This document shows positions 25,101 to 38,700 of a DNA stretch of 64,000 nucleotides, one piece after another. Positions within the stretch are counted from its first letter, which is position 1. Every line of letters starts with the position of its first letter. A program made the position numbers and the translations under genes. Source of the DNA: Lama guanicoe (Eukaryota); the NCBI GenBank assembly GCA_013239625.1, contig MU054338.1:808001-872000 (forward strand), written 5' to 3'. The notes below the pieces were generated by a model. That model ran no database searches and had not been told where the DNA came from. It worked only from the letters and a program-made list of their open reading frames with translations.

Positions 25101-27272
25101 ATTGCTGACGAGACGCCCCCATGCTACTCCCTGAGCTCCTCGGCCAGCTCCCTCAGTGAGCCTGAGCCCTCCGGGCGCACAGCCGGCCGGCCCCGAGCCC
25201 CTGAGCCAGCGGCTACCAAGGGTGGGCGGGACAGCTCCCCCAGCCCGCGGGCCGAGGCAGAGCTGCTGCGGCGCTGCATCGGCTCAGCCATGCCCAGACG
25301 CCGGCCCCAGGCCCCCGGCCCGCGGCGTCACCAGCCCCGAGCTGCGCGACCAGAGGAGCAGCCGACAGAGGTGCACCAGGAGCGTAGCGAGGAGGCGGTG
25401 GGCTCAGACCATGCCTCAGACCTGGACAGCGTCGAGTGGCGAGCCATCCAGGAGGGCGCCAATTCCATCGTCACGTGGCTGCACCAGGCGGCCGCGGCAG
25501 CCACCCGCGAAGCCTCCTCCGAATCTGACTCCATCCTGTCCTTCACGTCGGGGCTGTCAGTGGGCTCCACCCTGCAGCCCACCCTGCTCAGAAAGGGGCG
25601 ACGCCCAAGGGCAGAAGGCCAAGCAAGCAGTGCTGTGCGGCCAGAAAAACAGGACGTGGCCTTGGCCCAGCGCAGCGGTGGCCCGGAGAAGCCACGTGGC
25701 GCTCAGAAGACTGCGTCCAGGGTGCCAGCCGTGCTCAGGGGACGGACGGTTATCTATGTGCCCAGCCCAGCAGCCCGAGCTCAGCACAAAGGTGCCCCCG
25801 GCCCCCGCACTGTGCCAAGAAAGATGGGAGCCCCAAGCCCCGTGCAGCCAGCAGCTCCAGCCAAAGCCCCCGGCCCCGGGCAGCAGCGGTCTCGGAGCCT
25901 GCACCGGCCTGGCAAGACCTCGGAGCTGGTGGCACTGAGCCCCCCTCAGAGGAGCGCCACGCCACCCGCTCGCCTCGCCAAGACCCCCTCATCGAGCTCC
26001 TCTCAGACCTCCCCTGCCTCCCAGCCTCTGCCCAGGAGGTCGCCCCCAGCCACCCAGGCTGGGGGGCCCCTGCCCGGCCCTGGGGCCGCTCCAGTGCCCA
26101 AGACCCCCGCACGGGCCCTGCTGGCAAAGCAGCACAAGACACAGAAGTCGCCGGTGAGGATCCCCTTCATGCAGAGGCCTGCTGGGCGGGGGCCGCCACC
26201 CCTGGCCAGGGCGGCCCCGGAACCCGGTCCCAGAGGCCAGGCAGGGGCCGAGGTGGGCCCAGGCACCCGAGGGGGCCGCCTGGGCCTGGTGCGCGTGGCC
26301 TCCGCCCGCTCCAGCGGCAGCGAGTCCTCCGACCGCTCGGGCTTCCGGCGGCAGCTGACCTTCATCAAGGAGTCACCAGGCCTGCTGCGCCGACGCCGCT
26401 CCGAACTGTCCTCGGCCGAGGCCACCACCCCTGCTGCCCAGGCCGGCTCGCCCCGCCGTGGCCGGCCTGCGCTGCCTGCCGTCTTCCTCTGCTCCTCGCG
26501 CTGCGACGAGCTGCGGGCGCCCCCCCAGCAGGCCCCGGCCCCACCGCAGCTCCCCGCAGCCCAGGCCAGCCCCTGCGAGAGGCCGCCCCGGCGCACCAGC
26601 TCCGAGAGCCCATCACGCCTGCCTGTCCGCACACCAGCGGCCCGGCCCGAGACGGTCAAGCGCTACGCCTCTCTGCCCCACATCAGCATGGCCCCCAGGC
26701 CCAACAGCGCCGCCCCCAGGCCCGCGGCTGACCCGGCCCGCCGCAGCAGTGACGGGGAGGCCCGGCCACTGCCCAGGGTGGCTGCGCCGGGTACCACGTG
26801 GCGTCGCATCCGGGACGAAGATGTCCCGCACATCCTGCGGAGCACGCTGCCTGCCACCGCCCTGCCCCTGATGGGCTCCTCGCCCGAGGAGGGCCCGGCT
26901 GGCCCACCGCAGCGCAACACCAGTGACGCTGTGGTCCAGACAGAGGACTTCGCTGCCACCAAGACCAACTCCAGCACGTCTCCAAGCCTGGAGAGCAGGG
27001 AGCCTCCCCAGACCATAGCCGGAGGCCCCACCTCCCTCCTTGGCAGCGACGTGGATGGGCCCAGCCCTGCCAAGGCGCCCACCCCTACCCCCTTTGTCCA
27101 CGAGGGGCTAGGGGTGGCCGCAGGGGGCTTTCCTACCAGCCGGCATGGCTCCCCCAGCCGCTCAGCCCGGGTTCCCCCCTTCAATTACGTGCCCAGCCCC
27201 ATGGTGGCAGCCACCGCTGACTCTGCCGTGGAGAAAGCCCCTGTCCCCATCCCCACCAGCCTCCTGGAATAG
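10153..27272 (+). CDS. APC2: Adenomatous polyposis coli protein 2 (APC2/APCL), 14 coding exons, ~2263 aa
   Basis: Coding exons with GT-AG boundaries and continuous frame: 10153-10293, 10454-10544, 10664-10844, 11767-11875, 11999-12115, 12742-12819, 13019-13117, 13640-14027, 14744-14839, 17531-17670, 18068-18145, 18265-18381, 18708-18922, 22331-27272 (sum 6792 nt). Starts [29 protein letters not shown]; contains armadillo repeats, 20-aa repeats ([16 protein letters not shown]) and a SAMP motif ([11 protein letters not shown]). Confidence 0.98.
14336..14500 (-). mobile_element. Camelid tRNA-derived SINE (Vic-1-like)
   Basis: Minus strand GTAGCTCAAGTGGTAGACCGCATGCTTAGCATG...GGTCCTGGGTTCAATCCCC (A and B boxes), with (TAAA)n and CCTAATTACCTCCC tail. 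Confidence 0.8.
15306..15412 (-). mobile_element. Camelid tRNA-derived SINE (Vic-1-like)
   Basis: GGTACTGGGGATTGACCCGAGGACCTC...CATGCTAAG...CTGAGCTATACCC. Confidence 0.75.
16325..16850 (-). mobile_element. Old L1 (L1MB-like) 3' fragment
   Basis: CATATAAAATTCACCTTCTTAGCCAT...GTGGCATTAGGTACATCC and GGCCTGTTCTGGAC...GGAGTCACAC motifs typical of L1M 3' UTRs. Confidence 0.65.
19000..22275. repeat. AT-rich array of MER53-derived palindromic units, interrupted by an L1
   Basis: Recurrent TTTAGTGTAAGT(G/A)TAT...GGATATACTT..ACTAAA hairpins (19189-19237, 19408-19456, ~19577-19610, ~22009-22050) and a MER53-like right arm TGAAATTCAAAGTTACCTGGGCACC at ~22234-22258. Confidence 0.65.
19641..21931 (+). 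mobile_element. 5'-truncated L1 (ORF2 RT to 3' end), decayed, in the last APC2 intron
   Basis: CATCTCAATAGATGCAGAAAAAGCATTTGATAAA ([11 protein letters not shown]), [12 protein letters not shown] and ADDMML RT motifs; 3' end ATCAACTATACTTCAAT; imperfect TSD TAAAAATTT(G/T)TTT(G)CAA at 19624-19640 and 21932-21947. Confidence 0.95.
22331..27272 (+). CDS. APC2: APC2 giant terminal coding exon (4.9 kb)
   Basis: Acceptor tcctccgcag|GCAGGTG; matches the 1645-aa ORF 22335..27272; ends ...PTSLLE-TAG. A giant last exon is typical of APC-family genes. Confidence 0.97.
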
Positions 27273-29665
27273 TGGCCAGAGCTGGCTTTCCAGAACATCC
27301 TCTCCTGGCCCAAAGCGGTCTGGCGGCCCTGAGGGTGGTCCCAGGGCCTGCCTGCCCAGCCAGTTGCCCGCCCTCTGAGCCTCACCCCTGCCCACATGGG
27401 CCTCACAACTCACACGTAGACGCTTGCTTCTGTGCTGGGGAGAGGGGTGGGCACTACGGAAGGAAAATGAGCGGCAGGCTGGACCTCAAGTCCCTGCTAG
27501 ATGTGGTCCCACGGTGGACCACCCTTCTAGCGGGGGCTGTCCTCAGCAGTGCCCTCCAGGGCTCCCAGCCCTGCTGGGCCCAGGATCAGCATGACACTCC
27601 CCTCCTCCACCTCAGGAGCTGCAAGGAGGTAACGGTGCCCGCCGAGGTGGGGGACAGGACTGGGGAGGGTGGCACCAGCAGGAGCCTGCCAGCTGGGGGC
27701 TGCGGCAATGCAGGCACAGGAGGAAGCCTGTAATTACAGGCAGGACCGGGTAATTTGTTAATAATGGCTCAGCTGGTTTGTTTGCCTTCTCAGCCCCAGC
27801 TGGGGGTGTGGAGGGGGTGCAGCTGAGCCCAATAGAAAGGCAGCCCCTGCCCCAGACAGAGACAAGTAGGGAGCCTGGAGACTGAGGGTGGGGGTGGGGT
27901 GCGGTCGCGACCCAGGGCACCCCTGCAACTGGTAAGGAACAAGCGGAAGGGGGTGTGTGGACGATGGGTGGGCTCTGGCTGACCTGGGCAGGCAAGGTCA
28001 AGATGCCCTGGTGGGCAAGGTACCAACGGGAGGGGGCCAAGGAGAGGCAGCTGTGACCCCGGCAGGACTGCAGCCCAGGAGAGGAGGTCCCGGCAGACAG
28101 CTGCCCAGCCACTGGTCTTTCCTTTTTCAATCTTACTCTCCTTTCCAAGGTGAGGAGCCCTGGGTCTGGGGCTCCTCCCTGTGGGATAGCGTGGCTGTGG
28201 GATCCAAGGTGGAGCCTGCGCCCAGCCTCCGGACTGTGGGACCTGGAGCCCCGGAACCACAGCCGACAGATGTGAGAGAGCTGGTACCAGACAAGGCAGG
28301 GAGGTGGACAGCAGGCCTGGAGGCCAGGAGAGGCCGCACCCCAAGGCAGGTGTGTGATCCTTCTCCACCCAAGCACACCTTCTGTAGGAAGAGCTGACGA
28401 CCTCTTCCCTGCAGAGCCTGGCTCTGCGCCGGAGCTGCTCTGGGCCCACGGGTCTGCCATCACAGCTGCCCCGCAGAGCTGCTCCTGGGGGCTGGGGGCC
28501 AACGTCCTTTCTCTGGGAGGAGAGGACATGGGGTTGAGTCAAGAGGCGCCGAAGGAGCCGTCTCCACCTATGGGCACCACTGTCCCGTCCCTCGGACACT
28601 ATGCTGCTGCTGCCGCTTAGAGCGCACATGGACCACGCTGTGTCCCCTCCTGCAACACCCCGTCCTGCAGGACAGACTCCAGGGCTCTGCCTGAGGGACC
28701 AGAACAGGACACACGACCAGAAGGGCTGCGGATTGCACCAAATGCTCCTTCTTTGACGGCACCCACAGTGGGGGGCCTCTGGGGAGTCTCCCCGGGGAGC
28801 CGGCAGGCAGCAGAGGGCACTGGACCTGGGGGCTCCAGGCCAAACTCAGAAACTGCGGTTCCTGTCCCCATCAGCAGCGTCACGGCAGGGCCAGGTGGTC
28901 TTCCAGGCTTCCCAGACTTGGGGGCTACAGCCAGCCTCCCCATTGAAATGGGTCCCCACCCCAGCTGACCCGGCGGTGGGGGTGGGGTGGGGCAAGCCCC
29001 ACACCGTGAGACCCAGAGCGGTGCTCTCGCCGCTGTGTGCCTGTCTCCCTGCGTGGGCCGTGGGGAGACCTCCCAGAGCTACCTCTCGGGCAAGCAGAGC
29101 CGTGGCGTGACTGGTGACAGAGGACCCTCCCTGGCTGCCTGCCCTCTGTCCGGCCCTGGGCATTCTCTCCACAGGCAGGGCCCGCTCATCCTCGTCCAGC
29201 AGCCACTTCTGCCTTCTCCACCCACGGCAGTGGGGGCCCAGGGGCCTGGGCAGAGCAGGTTCCTGGAGAGGACAGCTCTGGCAGTCACTGAACAATTGAC
29301 CTGAGGCCGGAGCTGGGGGACTGAGGATCCAAACGCTGCCCGTGAAGCCCTGACCCCTCAGGACGCTGCTTGGCCACCTGTCAAGGGGGCATGGGGCACC
29401 CAAGCTGGGGACCTCAGCCCAGGGGCAGATGGACACCCCGAGCTGGGTGCTGAATTCTCAGCATTACCTCACCCATACCGCCCAGCTGGCTGCAGCCCGA
29501 GCCGAGCTGCAGTGGTTCATCCCCTGCACCCGCGTCTCCATTCAGTCCTGGGCCTCCTCGGTGTACACACTCAGCTCCCTGTACATACAGCCCCGCCTGT
29601 CCCCCCACCAACTGTAAAGCCATCATCTGGTTGGAGGCTGTGGAACCAGGCGTCTCACGTGCACC

Positions 29666-29674
29666 TTTAATAAA
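29666..29674. terminator. Overlapping poly(A) signals: AATAAA (+, APC2) and ATTAAA (-, C19orf25)
   Basis: TTTAATAAA gives AATAAA at 29669-29674 on + and ATTAAA at 29671-29666 on -. It is the first canonical hexamer I found downstream of either stop codon. Confidence 0.7.
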
Positions 29675-31224
29675 CAGCTGTCAGATCGCACTCCACACTG
29701 CCCATGGCGCTGCCCTGAGATGGCATGGCTGGGACGAGGGTCAGGAGGGGAACTTCACAGGCCTTTCCACCTGGCCAAACCTGCCGCAGGTCCAACGCTG
29801 CCTGCAGAACCCTGCTCCCCAGAAGCGCGAGGATGGGAGGGCAGAGCCCAGAGCTCAGTGCCGGGCCGGGGTTTAGGGAGAGCGCCCATGCCAGGCACGG
29901 GGGACGGGACTGGGGAGGAGGTCAGTGGAGTGACCTGACCCTGAGGGGCTCCAGAGAGTAAACAGTGTCCCAAAGACAGGAGTCCTCACCCGGAGATGGG
30001 GCCAGGCAGGGAGGGGTGATGCACCCCAACCAAGGGCCAGCTGATAGCAAACTGACTCTGGACGAGGCGGCCTGGCACCTGCAGCTGCAACCAGAGCCAG
30101 TCCTGCCCTGTGCGAACACCTGTGCACCCCAGGTCATGTTTCCTTTTCTGGGGAGTCTCTCAGGGTTAAGCAGGCACCCTTTGTTTAGGGAAAGAGCAAC
30201 ACCTCCTGGGGCGTGTAGCGTCTCCCACCTGAGGGCTCTGCCGTGGTGGGGCCCAGTGCTGCCCCAAGCTTCCAAGGAACCCGAGAAAGGACTGGCTCAC
30301 AGAGGTACCATTCAGGTGACCAGACATGGGGATTTCACCTGAGGGGCTCAGTGGGGTTGTCCACCATAGGCCTGGCCCCGGGGCCACCTCCCGCAGATCC
30401 ACTGCTTCTCTGGTCTTCATGGGATCTGTTTTAGGGTGAAAGCCCTTTTCAAGATTCTTTCCTGCCCCACCACCCACCTGCCCACAGGTGGAGTGTGCAA
30501 GGAGTGGGGGCAGTGAGGTGAGGGCTCCGGGCAAGCAACTGACCATCCCATCCTCTCATGGGAGCCCAGGCCTCGCGCCCCATAAGACAGAATCCTGCAG
30601 CTGACGGACAGACAAGTGTCTGCCCTGAGGGAGTGCCCACGCCTTAGATGGGGTGCCCGGGGCCCCGAAGAGTGCTCCCCCGTCCCTAGGGCACATCTCA
30701 GATCTGGGCCCCGCAGGGCCATTGCTCCTCATAACCAGGGCCACCATGGGCGGGGCAGGAGACTGAACTCCCCCATCCTCTCCTGGAATCTCTGGGGGCC
30801 TCCAGTTCATATACCAGAACCAGAGGGGTGGGTTCTGCCAGCTCAGCTGAATGGGTGATCAGTGAAGCAGGGTGCCCGAGGGGAAGGAGGGGAGGAAGGC
30901 TGGACTGGCCCTCGGGTACTGGGCCCACAGGAAGTCCAGTCCAGGCTCCACAGCTATTGGGCCCCAGGAGAGAAGCTCCGGGGTGAAGGACATGTGTGCG
31001 CCCCAGACCCACCCTCAGAGAGGGGCCCGACCAGCTGAAGCCCACTGCCCCTGCCGCAGCCACACACCCTGGGCAAGCTGTGTCCCCTGGGGCCTAGGCC
31101 CGTGCCTAGGCCACAGGAGAAAGGAAATGCAGAACCTGCTTCTGGGACCCAGGGCTCATGTCTGAGGTGTGCTGGTCAGGTGTTCAGGGGAGGACCCAAG
31201 GTTCTGGCGAGCCTGGGGGCCAGG

Positions 31225-33014
<1,790 letters not shown>

Positions 33015-33078
33015 TCAGAGTCCGCCTCCACCCAGGCCACAGCTTCCCCCAATGCTCCCGGCGCCACGGCCGCCTCAC

Positions 33079-33300
33079 ATAGCAGCGCGCCTCAAGCCGC
33101 CACCGCGGCCGAGCAACCACTTCCGGTTCCGGTCGGAGCGCGGACCCTCCCTATAGGCACGTGACGCACACTTCCTGCCATCTCCTGCTCCCGCCCACCG
33201 CGAAGCCACGCCCCCTCCTAAAGGGGCCGCGCCCTCCATGGGCGGGAGTGATCGGAGAAGAGAAACGATTGGGCCAGAACGAAGGACGCGACTTCAGCCT
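33079..33300 (-). promoter_or_regulatory. C19orf25: C19orf25 CpG-island promoter and non-coding exon 1
   Basis: Minus-strand donor CTAT|GTGAGG at 33078; tandem ETS/GABP motifs (ACTTCCGGTTCCGG at ~33119-33132); E-box CACGTG at 33158-33163; CCAAT at ~33268. Confidence 0.65.
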
Positions 33301-33712
33301 CCCAGTTCTGGGCCTGGAAACCCAAGGGGTGGGCATAGGGTCCATTCCCCGCTCTTCTCGCTGCCTAACAAGGCATCCGAGTCCTGGGTCTCTGCAGAGT
33401 GTGGGACACGAGCCTCAACCCACGTGGCTGTCATGGGACAGTTACTGTGCAGGCCCAGGCCACGTGGCCGGCGCACAGGGAGCGCTCAGTGAAAGCCCAC
33501 TGTGCCACTCTCCAGCGAGGTGGCCTGGGACACAGGACTCGGGTCAGCATCTCCCTCCCACATCCCAGTCATGGCCACCTCTCCCATCTCTAAAACCCCC
33601 TCCCCACCAAGGTGGGGCGTCGCTGGACGGTGATTTTGGCTCCTCCCCTCTTGGTTAGGACGGATAGACTGGCTCAGAGCAGAGGGAAGTTTTTGTGTTT
33701 TTAAGCAACTTA

Positions 33713-33781
33713 TAAAAAGTAATTTACACACAACATTGTAAATCAACGGTACTTCGACTTATTTTTAAAAAGTAATTTACA
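33713..33781 (+). mobile_element. 37-bp L1 3'-tail micro-insertion with 16-bp TSD
   Basis: TAAAAAGTAATTTACA at 33713-33728 and 33766-33781 flanks CACAACATTGTAAATCAACGGTACTTC, which matches the L1 3' end at ~21900-21926. Confidence 0.75.
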
Positions 33782-34310
33782 TACCATAAAGTCCACCTGT
33801 TTAAAGTGTACAACTCAATGTTTTGGGGAGAGGGAGAGAGTTGCACCTTGTGCAACCATGCCCGCAGTCTAACTCCAGACCATTCCCAAAAGGAAGCCCC
33901 ATCCCCATCAGCAGTCACCCCTCCTCAGCCCCTGGTACCCTCTAACACACTCTGTGGACTGGCCTGTTCTGGACGTTTCACATAAATGGAGTCACACACT
34001 GCGTGTCCTTCTGTGTCTGCTTCTCTCGCGTTGTGAGTTTTCATCCATGAGGTAATGGGTGTCAGTTCTTCTCTCCTATTCATGGCTGAGTGACGTTCAC
34101 ATGTGTGGAGGGACCATATTGCGTTGTTTATTCATTCACCTGTCCACGGACATTTGGGCTGTTTCCACATTTTGACTGCTACAGGCTGCTGTGAGCATCC
34201 CTGCACAGGTTTTTGTGCAACTGTGTTTTTGGTTTCCTTAGGTACATACCTGGGAGCAGAATTGCTGGGGCACAAGGTAACTCTCTATTTAATTGTCTGT
34301 GGAACTGTCT
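33770..34310 (-). mobile_element. Old L1 (L1MB-like) 3' fragment
   Basis: ATTTACATACCATAAAGTCCACCTGTTTAAAGTGTACAACTCAATG motif; similar to 16325-16850. Confidence 0.7.
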
Positions 34311-35445
34311 GTTTCTGGCATGTTTGTGGCGCTTACTGTGGTGCAGATGGGAAAATGACCTCATTTGAGCCTGACCCCCGGGAGTGTTAGGTGAGGCTTA
34401 ATGCTGTCGCACAGGTGCAGCCACCAAGGCTCTGAGGAGGAGGCCGGGTGCCTCTGGACACGCAGCCTGGACCCGCGGGGACAGGCTCCATCTCAGATGT
34501 AAATCCGGAGTAAGGGTCCGAGCCTGTGGGACTCTGGGTGCATTGGGAGGCCTGGGAGGGCATCTGGCAAGGTCAAGGGAGGGAGATGAGGCTGTGTCCT
34601 CCCTCACCGGCCACCTGCTTGCAGCTCTCGACAGAGCCTCATTCTGTTCAAGGCTTGAGACTGGCCAAAATGAGCCTGGTGGCCGAGCAGATCCCCAGAT
34701 GCCCAGGGCCACTGGAGGGGGTGGACCCTGGGGCTCCTGCAACAACCCAGGACTGCTTCTGGGAGTCCATGGGTGAGGCACAACCAGCCTCCCTACTCTG
34801 AAAATCAGGGCAGATGAGTCCCCACCCCACTGGTGCGAGGACAGAGGAGGGACTCTTAATAGCTCTGTCCACACCCTTTCCCACTGCCCCCTTCCTGTAC
34901 CTCAGGATCCTCTTTCTGTCCTAGAGAGATGGAGAACCCAATTTCCAGATGGGGAAGTTGAGGCTGGGGTGGGGGGAGGGAGTGATGAGAGCCATGTACC
35001 CCTAGCCATGGTCCCAGCAGCCTCCCAAGGACCTCGAAGAATGGAGAAAATGTACAATGGGGAACCGTTGACTGCCAGCAGGGGTAGAAGGCCGTGTGAA
35101 TCGTCGTTTACGAATCACACTCTGTTAGTTCCCGGAGTTCCAGAGAAACTCACTCACAAGGATGGAGGAGGGCTTAGAGCAGTGGCGGAGGGAATCCTGG
35201 GACTCAGAGGCCTTACAGCACGTGGGTGGGATTACTCCCTGGGGACCCTGCCCTCCCCGGCCCTCCACGGCTGGGACTCTGGGCCCCACTGACCCCTTTT
35301 CCTTTGCGGGCTCCTGGGTCCTCCAGAGACTGACACTGGGGGGAAGATGGTTTCCATGTGAGATGTGGGGGAACCACCAACCATGCCGTGAAGAAGAGTT
35401 TGACGCCCCAAAGGAGCCCACAAGACCTGCACCTCCTATTCAACC

Positions 35446-35451
35446 TTTATT
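35446..35451 (-). terminator. PCSK4 poly(A) signal AATAAA
   Basis: TTTATT on +, about 340 nt past the PCSK4 stop. Confidence 0.7.
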
Positions 35452-35790
35452 TGCCAACTCCAGTGGGACGCGGTGCCTGAGACTCTGGATGTTGTCATGT
35501 GTTCTCCCCGCCTTTCCCCATTCTGGGACCAGGGAGGAAGGGAGGGTGGTCGCCCACCTGCCTCTGGCCTATCTCACCCCGACCCCACCTGAACTGTGCA
35601 ACTGACTTCTGGCTCTCTTTTTCCCTTCCACCTGGACCTGCTGAGCCCGACCCCACACCCCTGCCTCTGGCCTGTGGGCCTCAGTGGCAGCCAGGGCCTT
35701 TCAGGGACAGTTTCCCACAGGGTGCCGGTCCGGGCAGCAGGACAGTGGTGCCCACCGGGGCTGGGCTGAGGCGCACGCTGGCTCTCCTAG

Positions 35791-38700
35791 TCAGACTTCT
35801 CTGGGTTTCAGCCTGCAGTGGGGCCTGGAGTGGTGACCAGGGTGGCCCCCACTGCTGGCAGGTCCGACACACAGCAGCAGGCAGCCCGCGAGAAGGATGC
35901 TGCAGAGGAGGGAGTTCCCGAATGCCACGGCCAGCAGGGCCAGCACCAGGGCCAGGGCTCGCCCATGGCAGCGGGGGCAGGCAGTCACGGTGGGCTGGGA
36001 GCGGCCCTTGGTGGGGGCAGGTCCAGAGCAGGAGCCCCGCTGCTCATCCAGCGTGGATGGAGGCGGGCAGGAGGTGCAGTCCAGCGGGGAGCTGCCGCGG
36101 CAGGTGTAGCAGGACGAGTGGCAGCTGGAGCACATCTGCAGGGCAGGGGCGTCTGGGCCTCCAGGCCCCGCAGTCACCGCCTGCTGCGTGTGGTTGAAGT
36201 ACCTTGGCGGGCAGTGGGAGAGGCAGAGGTGGCCCAGGATGTAGGCAGGGCTGTGGCATTCTGCACAAGAGACACATCCACAGGGCTGTGAGGCCATGAC
36301 CCACTGCCAAAGCCTACCCGCCACCCCGGGCTGCACACGCACACTGCCCGCCACCTCCCAGCGGGCGGGCCCTGCCGCGCCGGGCACTCACCCTGGCACA
36401 GCCCCTCCGTGTCCCGCTGCACACACGCGCTGCTGGTCACCTGGGGGCCTGGGGGCCGCGCCGTCATATCCTCAGCCGTCCCGTAGAGGAGCAGAGTGTA
36501 GCGGTACAGCGTCCCTGGGCAGGGGTCGCGGTGGGCACCGAAAGGAGGGGGAGAGACTGTTGGCAGCCTGGTCCTGCCATTCTGGGCCCCCTACCCCTGC
36601 CACCCGCACTCCATCCCAGATCCGCAGACTCAGACGGTGCCCCGGGCCACCTGGCACCGTCTGCACGCTGTGGGCACCCATTGCTCCCTAGCACCTGAAC
36701 ACCTGCTGCGGGCTGGTAAGTGAACACCCACTATGCACCAGACGTGCCTGCTTAGTCTCTCCGAGGAGACCACTGGGAGCCCCTGTGCAGGGTTCAGGAG
36801 GCTGGCCCCAGGGCTCGGGGCGGGTGGGGGCCAGCTCCAGCCCGCGTGCGGCCGTCACCTGTGTTGAAGTAGTAGCCCTTGTTCTCCAGGCCCAGGGTCC
36901 ACGAGCCCCGTGGGTCCTCATCCCAGAAGTGGGTGGACATGAAGATCCAGCTGTTGTAGCCTTGGCCGCTGGCATCCAAGGGTCTGGGACAGACAGGAAG
37001 GTGGAGGTGGGGAGGGGCTCAGAACCACAGTCCTGCAGGGCGCTGAGCACAGGAAGTGTCTGACTGTGGTGCCACATGCTGGCAAGGGACCAGCCCCCAC
37101 AGGCAGGGGTGGGGTCCACTTTGCACTTGGCCACTCCAAGTGGGGTCACTCAGGAAGGAGACAGCATTTGTGCCCAGGGCTGGTCCCCTGGGCCCACACC
37201 TGACGGCCACGAGCGTGGAGCGGGTGCCCATGGGGCTGGTGAGTGAGATTTCCAGGTCCCCGCGGCGGCTGTAGGATAGGGACAGCTGCACCTGCACGTG
37301 CTCCAGTGAGCGGATGTAGTTGGCCTGGCCGGCGCAGGCCGACACGTTCTTCCTCACATGCATCCGCTGCAGGATGGGGCTGGGGGCCGCAACTTCAGTG
37401 TCGGGGCCGGGGTCGGTGTCCGTGTCAATACTGAAGGCCACTCCTGCTGGCCTGCTGGGGGATGGGCTGCCAGCAGTCAGGGTCTGGGCTCAGATCATGA
37501 GACTTGCCCTCTCCTTGTACAAATGGGTAAACTGAGGCCTCAGGGCCTGCCCCCCATGTGTCCACGCCCCAGGTGGGAGTTGGCAGGTGGTGGCCAGGCA
37601 GGTAGGGGGAAGACTAGGGGATGTGGTAGGTGTTGGGGGAGGGCTGGGGAGGTGGCAGGTGAGCACAGGGACTGGGCAGAGGCGGTGCTCACGTGGGAGT
37701 GTGAACAATGTGGATGGTGCATTTCTTTTGGGGTTGCGTGGGCAGCCACGTCCGGGCCAGGCCCACCAGCAGCCCGGCGTCCAGCAGCCCATAGCCGTAG
37801 TGGTGGCTCACTGTGGGGGGGCAGCTGTCACCGCCCTGTGGTCACGGCACCCCCACCCCCGCCCGGTCCTGCCGCACCTTGGCGTCCCACACCGTTGGTC
37901 CTCCAGTCCTCAGCCTGGAGCTGAGCCGGCCTGGACGCACGAACCACCAGATGCTGCATGTCCCTCCACGTCAAGAACGGGCTGGGAGGGGGTGAAGGCA
38001 GGTAAGCTGGGGCCAGGCCAGGGGGCACAGGCAGTATGTGGGGCCCTATTGGCACCTACTTGGCCTCCAGAGCCAGGGCGATCATGCCCGCGGCCAGCGG
38101 CGCAGAGGCCGAGGTGCCTGTGTGCTTGTCCGTGCACCGGTGGTGCAGGTCTGTGGTGACCTGGGGGCACAGAGAGGGACTCAGGGGCCAGCGCACACGA
38201 AAACCCTGCCTGGTTCACAAAGTCCCAAGGGCTTCAAACAAGAGGCACCACAGAGCAGGACAGCGGGCTCAGGGCCCTGAACAGGGTGCCTGCCCTCCTG
38301 GGAGACATGAGGGTGTGTGAAGGGGCAACCACCATGCAGCCTGGCCCTGGGACCCCAGTCTGTGTGTCAGGCGCCCACAGGGCAGCCCTGGGAGGAGGGA
38401 AGGCGGGGGACCAGGTGAGCCAGGTTGGGTGGGCAGGTCCGGCTGCGAGAGGGCACTGGGCAGGCACTCACAATTTGGGGGTCTGTGGCCATGCCGCTGC
38501 TGAAGGTAGTGGTGAGTGTGGAGGCGCAAGCCTCACTGTACCAGGGCACGTGGCCCTGCTGGGTGGTGCTGCCCACAGAGAGCGTGTGGATGCTGTTGGT
38601 GTAGCCGTCACAGTTGCAGTTGTCATAGTGCAGGCCACCGTTGCCTGAGGCCCAGATGAAGAGGGTGCCCAGCCCGCCGCGGCCCTGCAGACGAGGGACA

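Noticed and set aside
22221..27184. Long antisense and alternative-frame ORFs over the APC2 terminal exon (for example 411 aa at 22221-23456, minus)
   Set aside because: Expected shadows of a very GC-rich coding exon; no recognisable domain or promoter/splice support.
27612..28629. 305-aa and 279-aa minus-strand ORFs in the APC2 3' UTR
   Set aside because: Low-complexity P/G/S/R composition typical of random GC-rich frames; no splice or promoter support.
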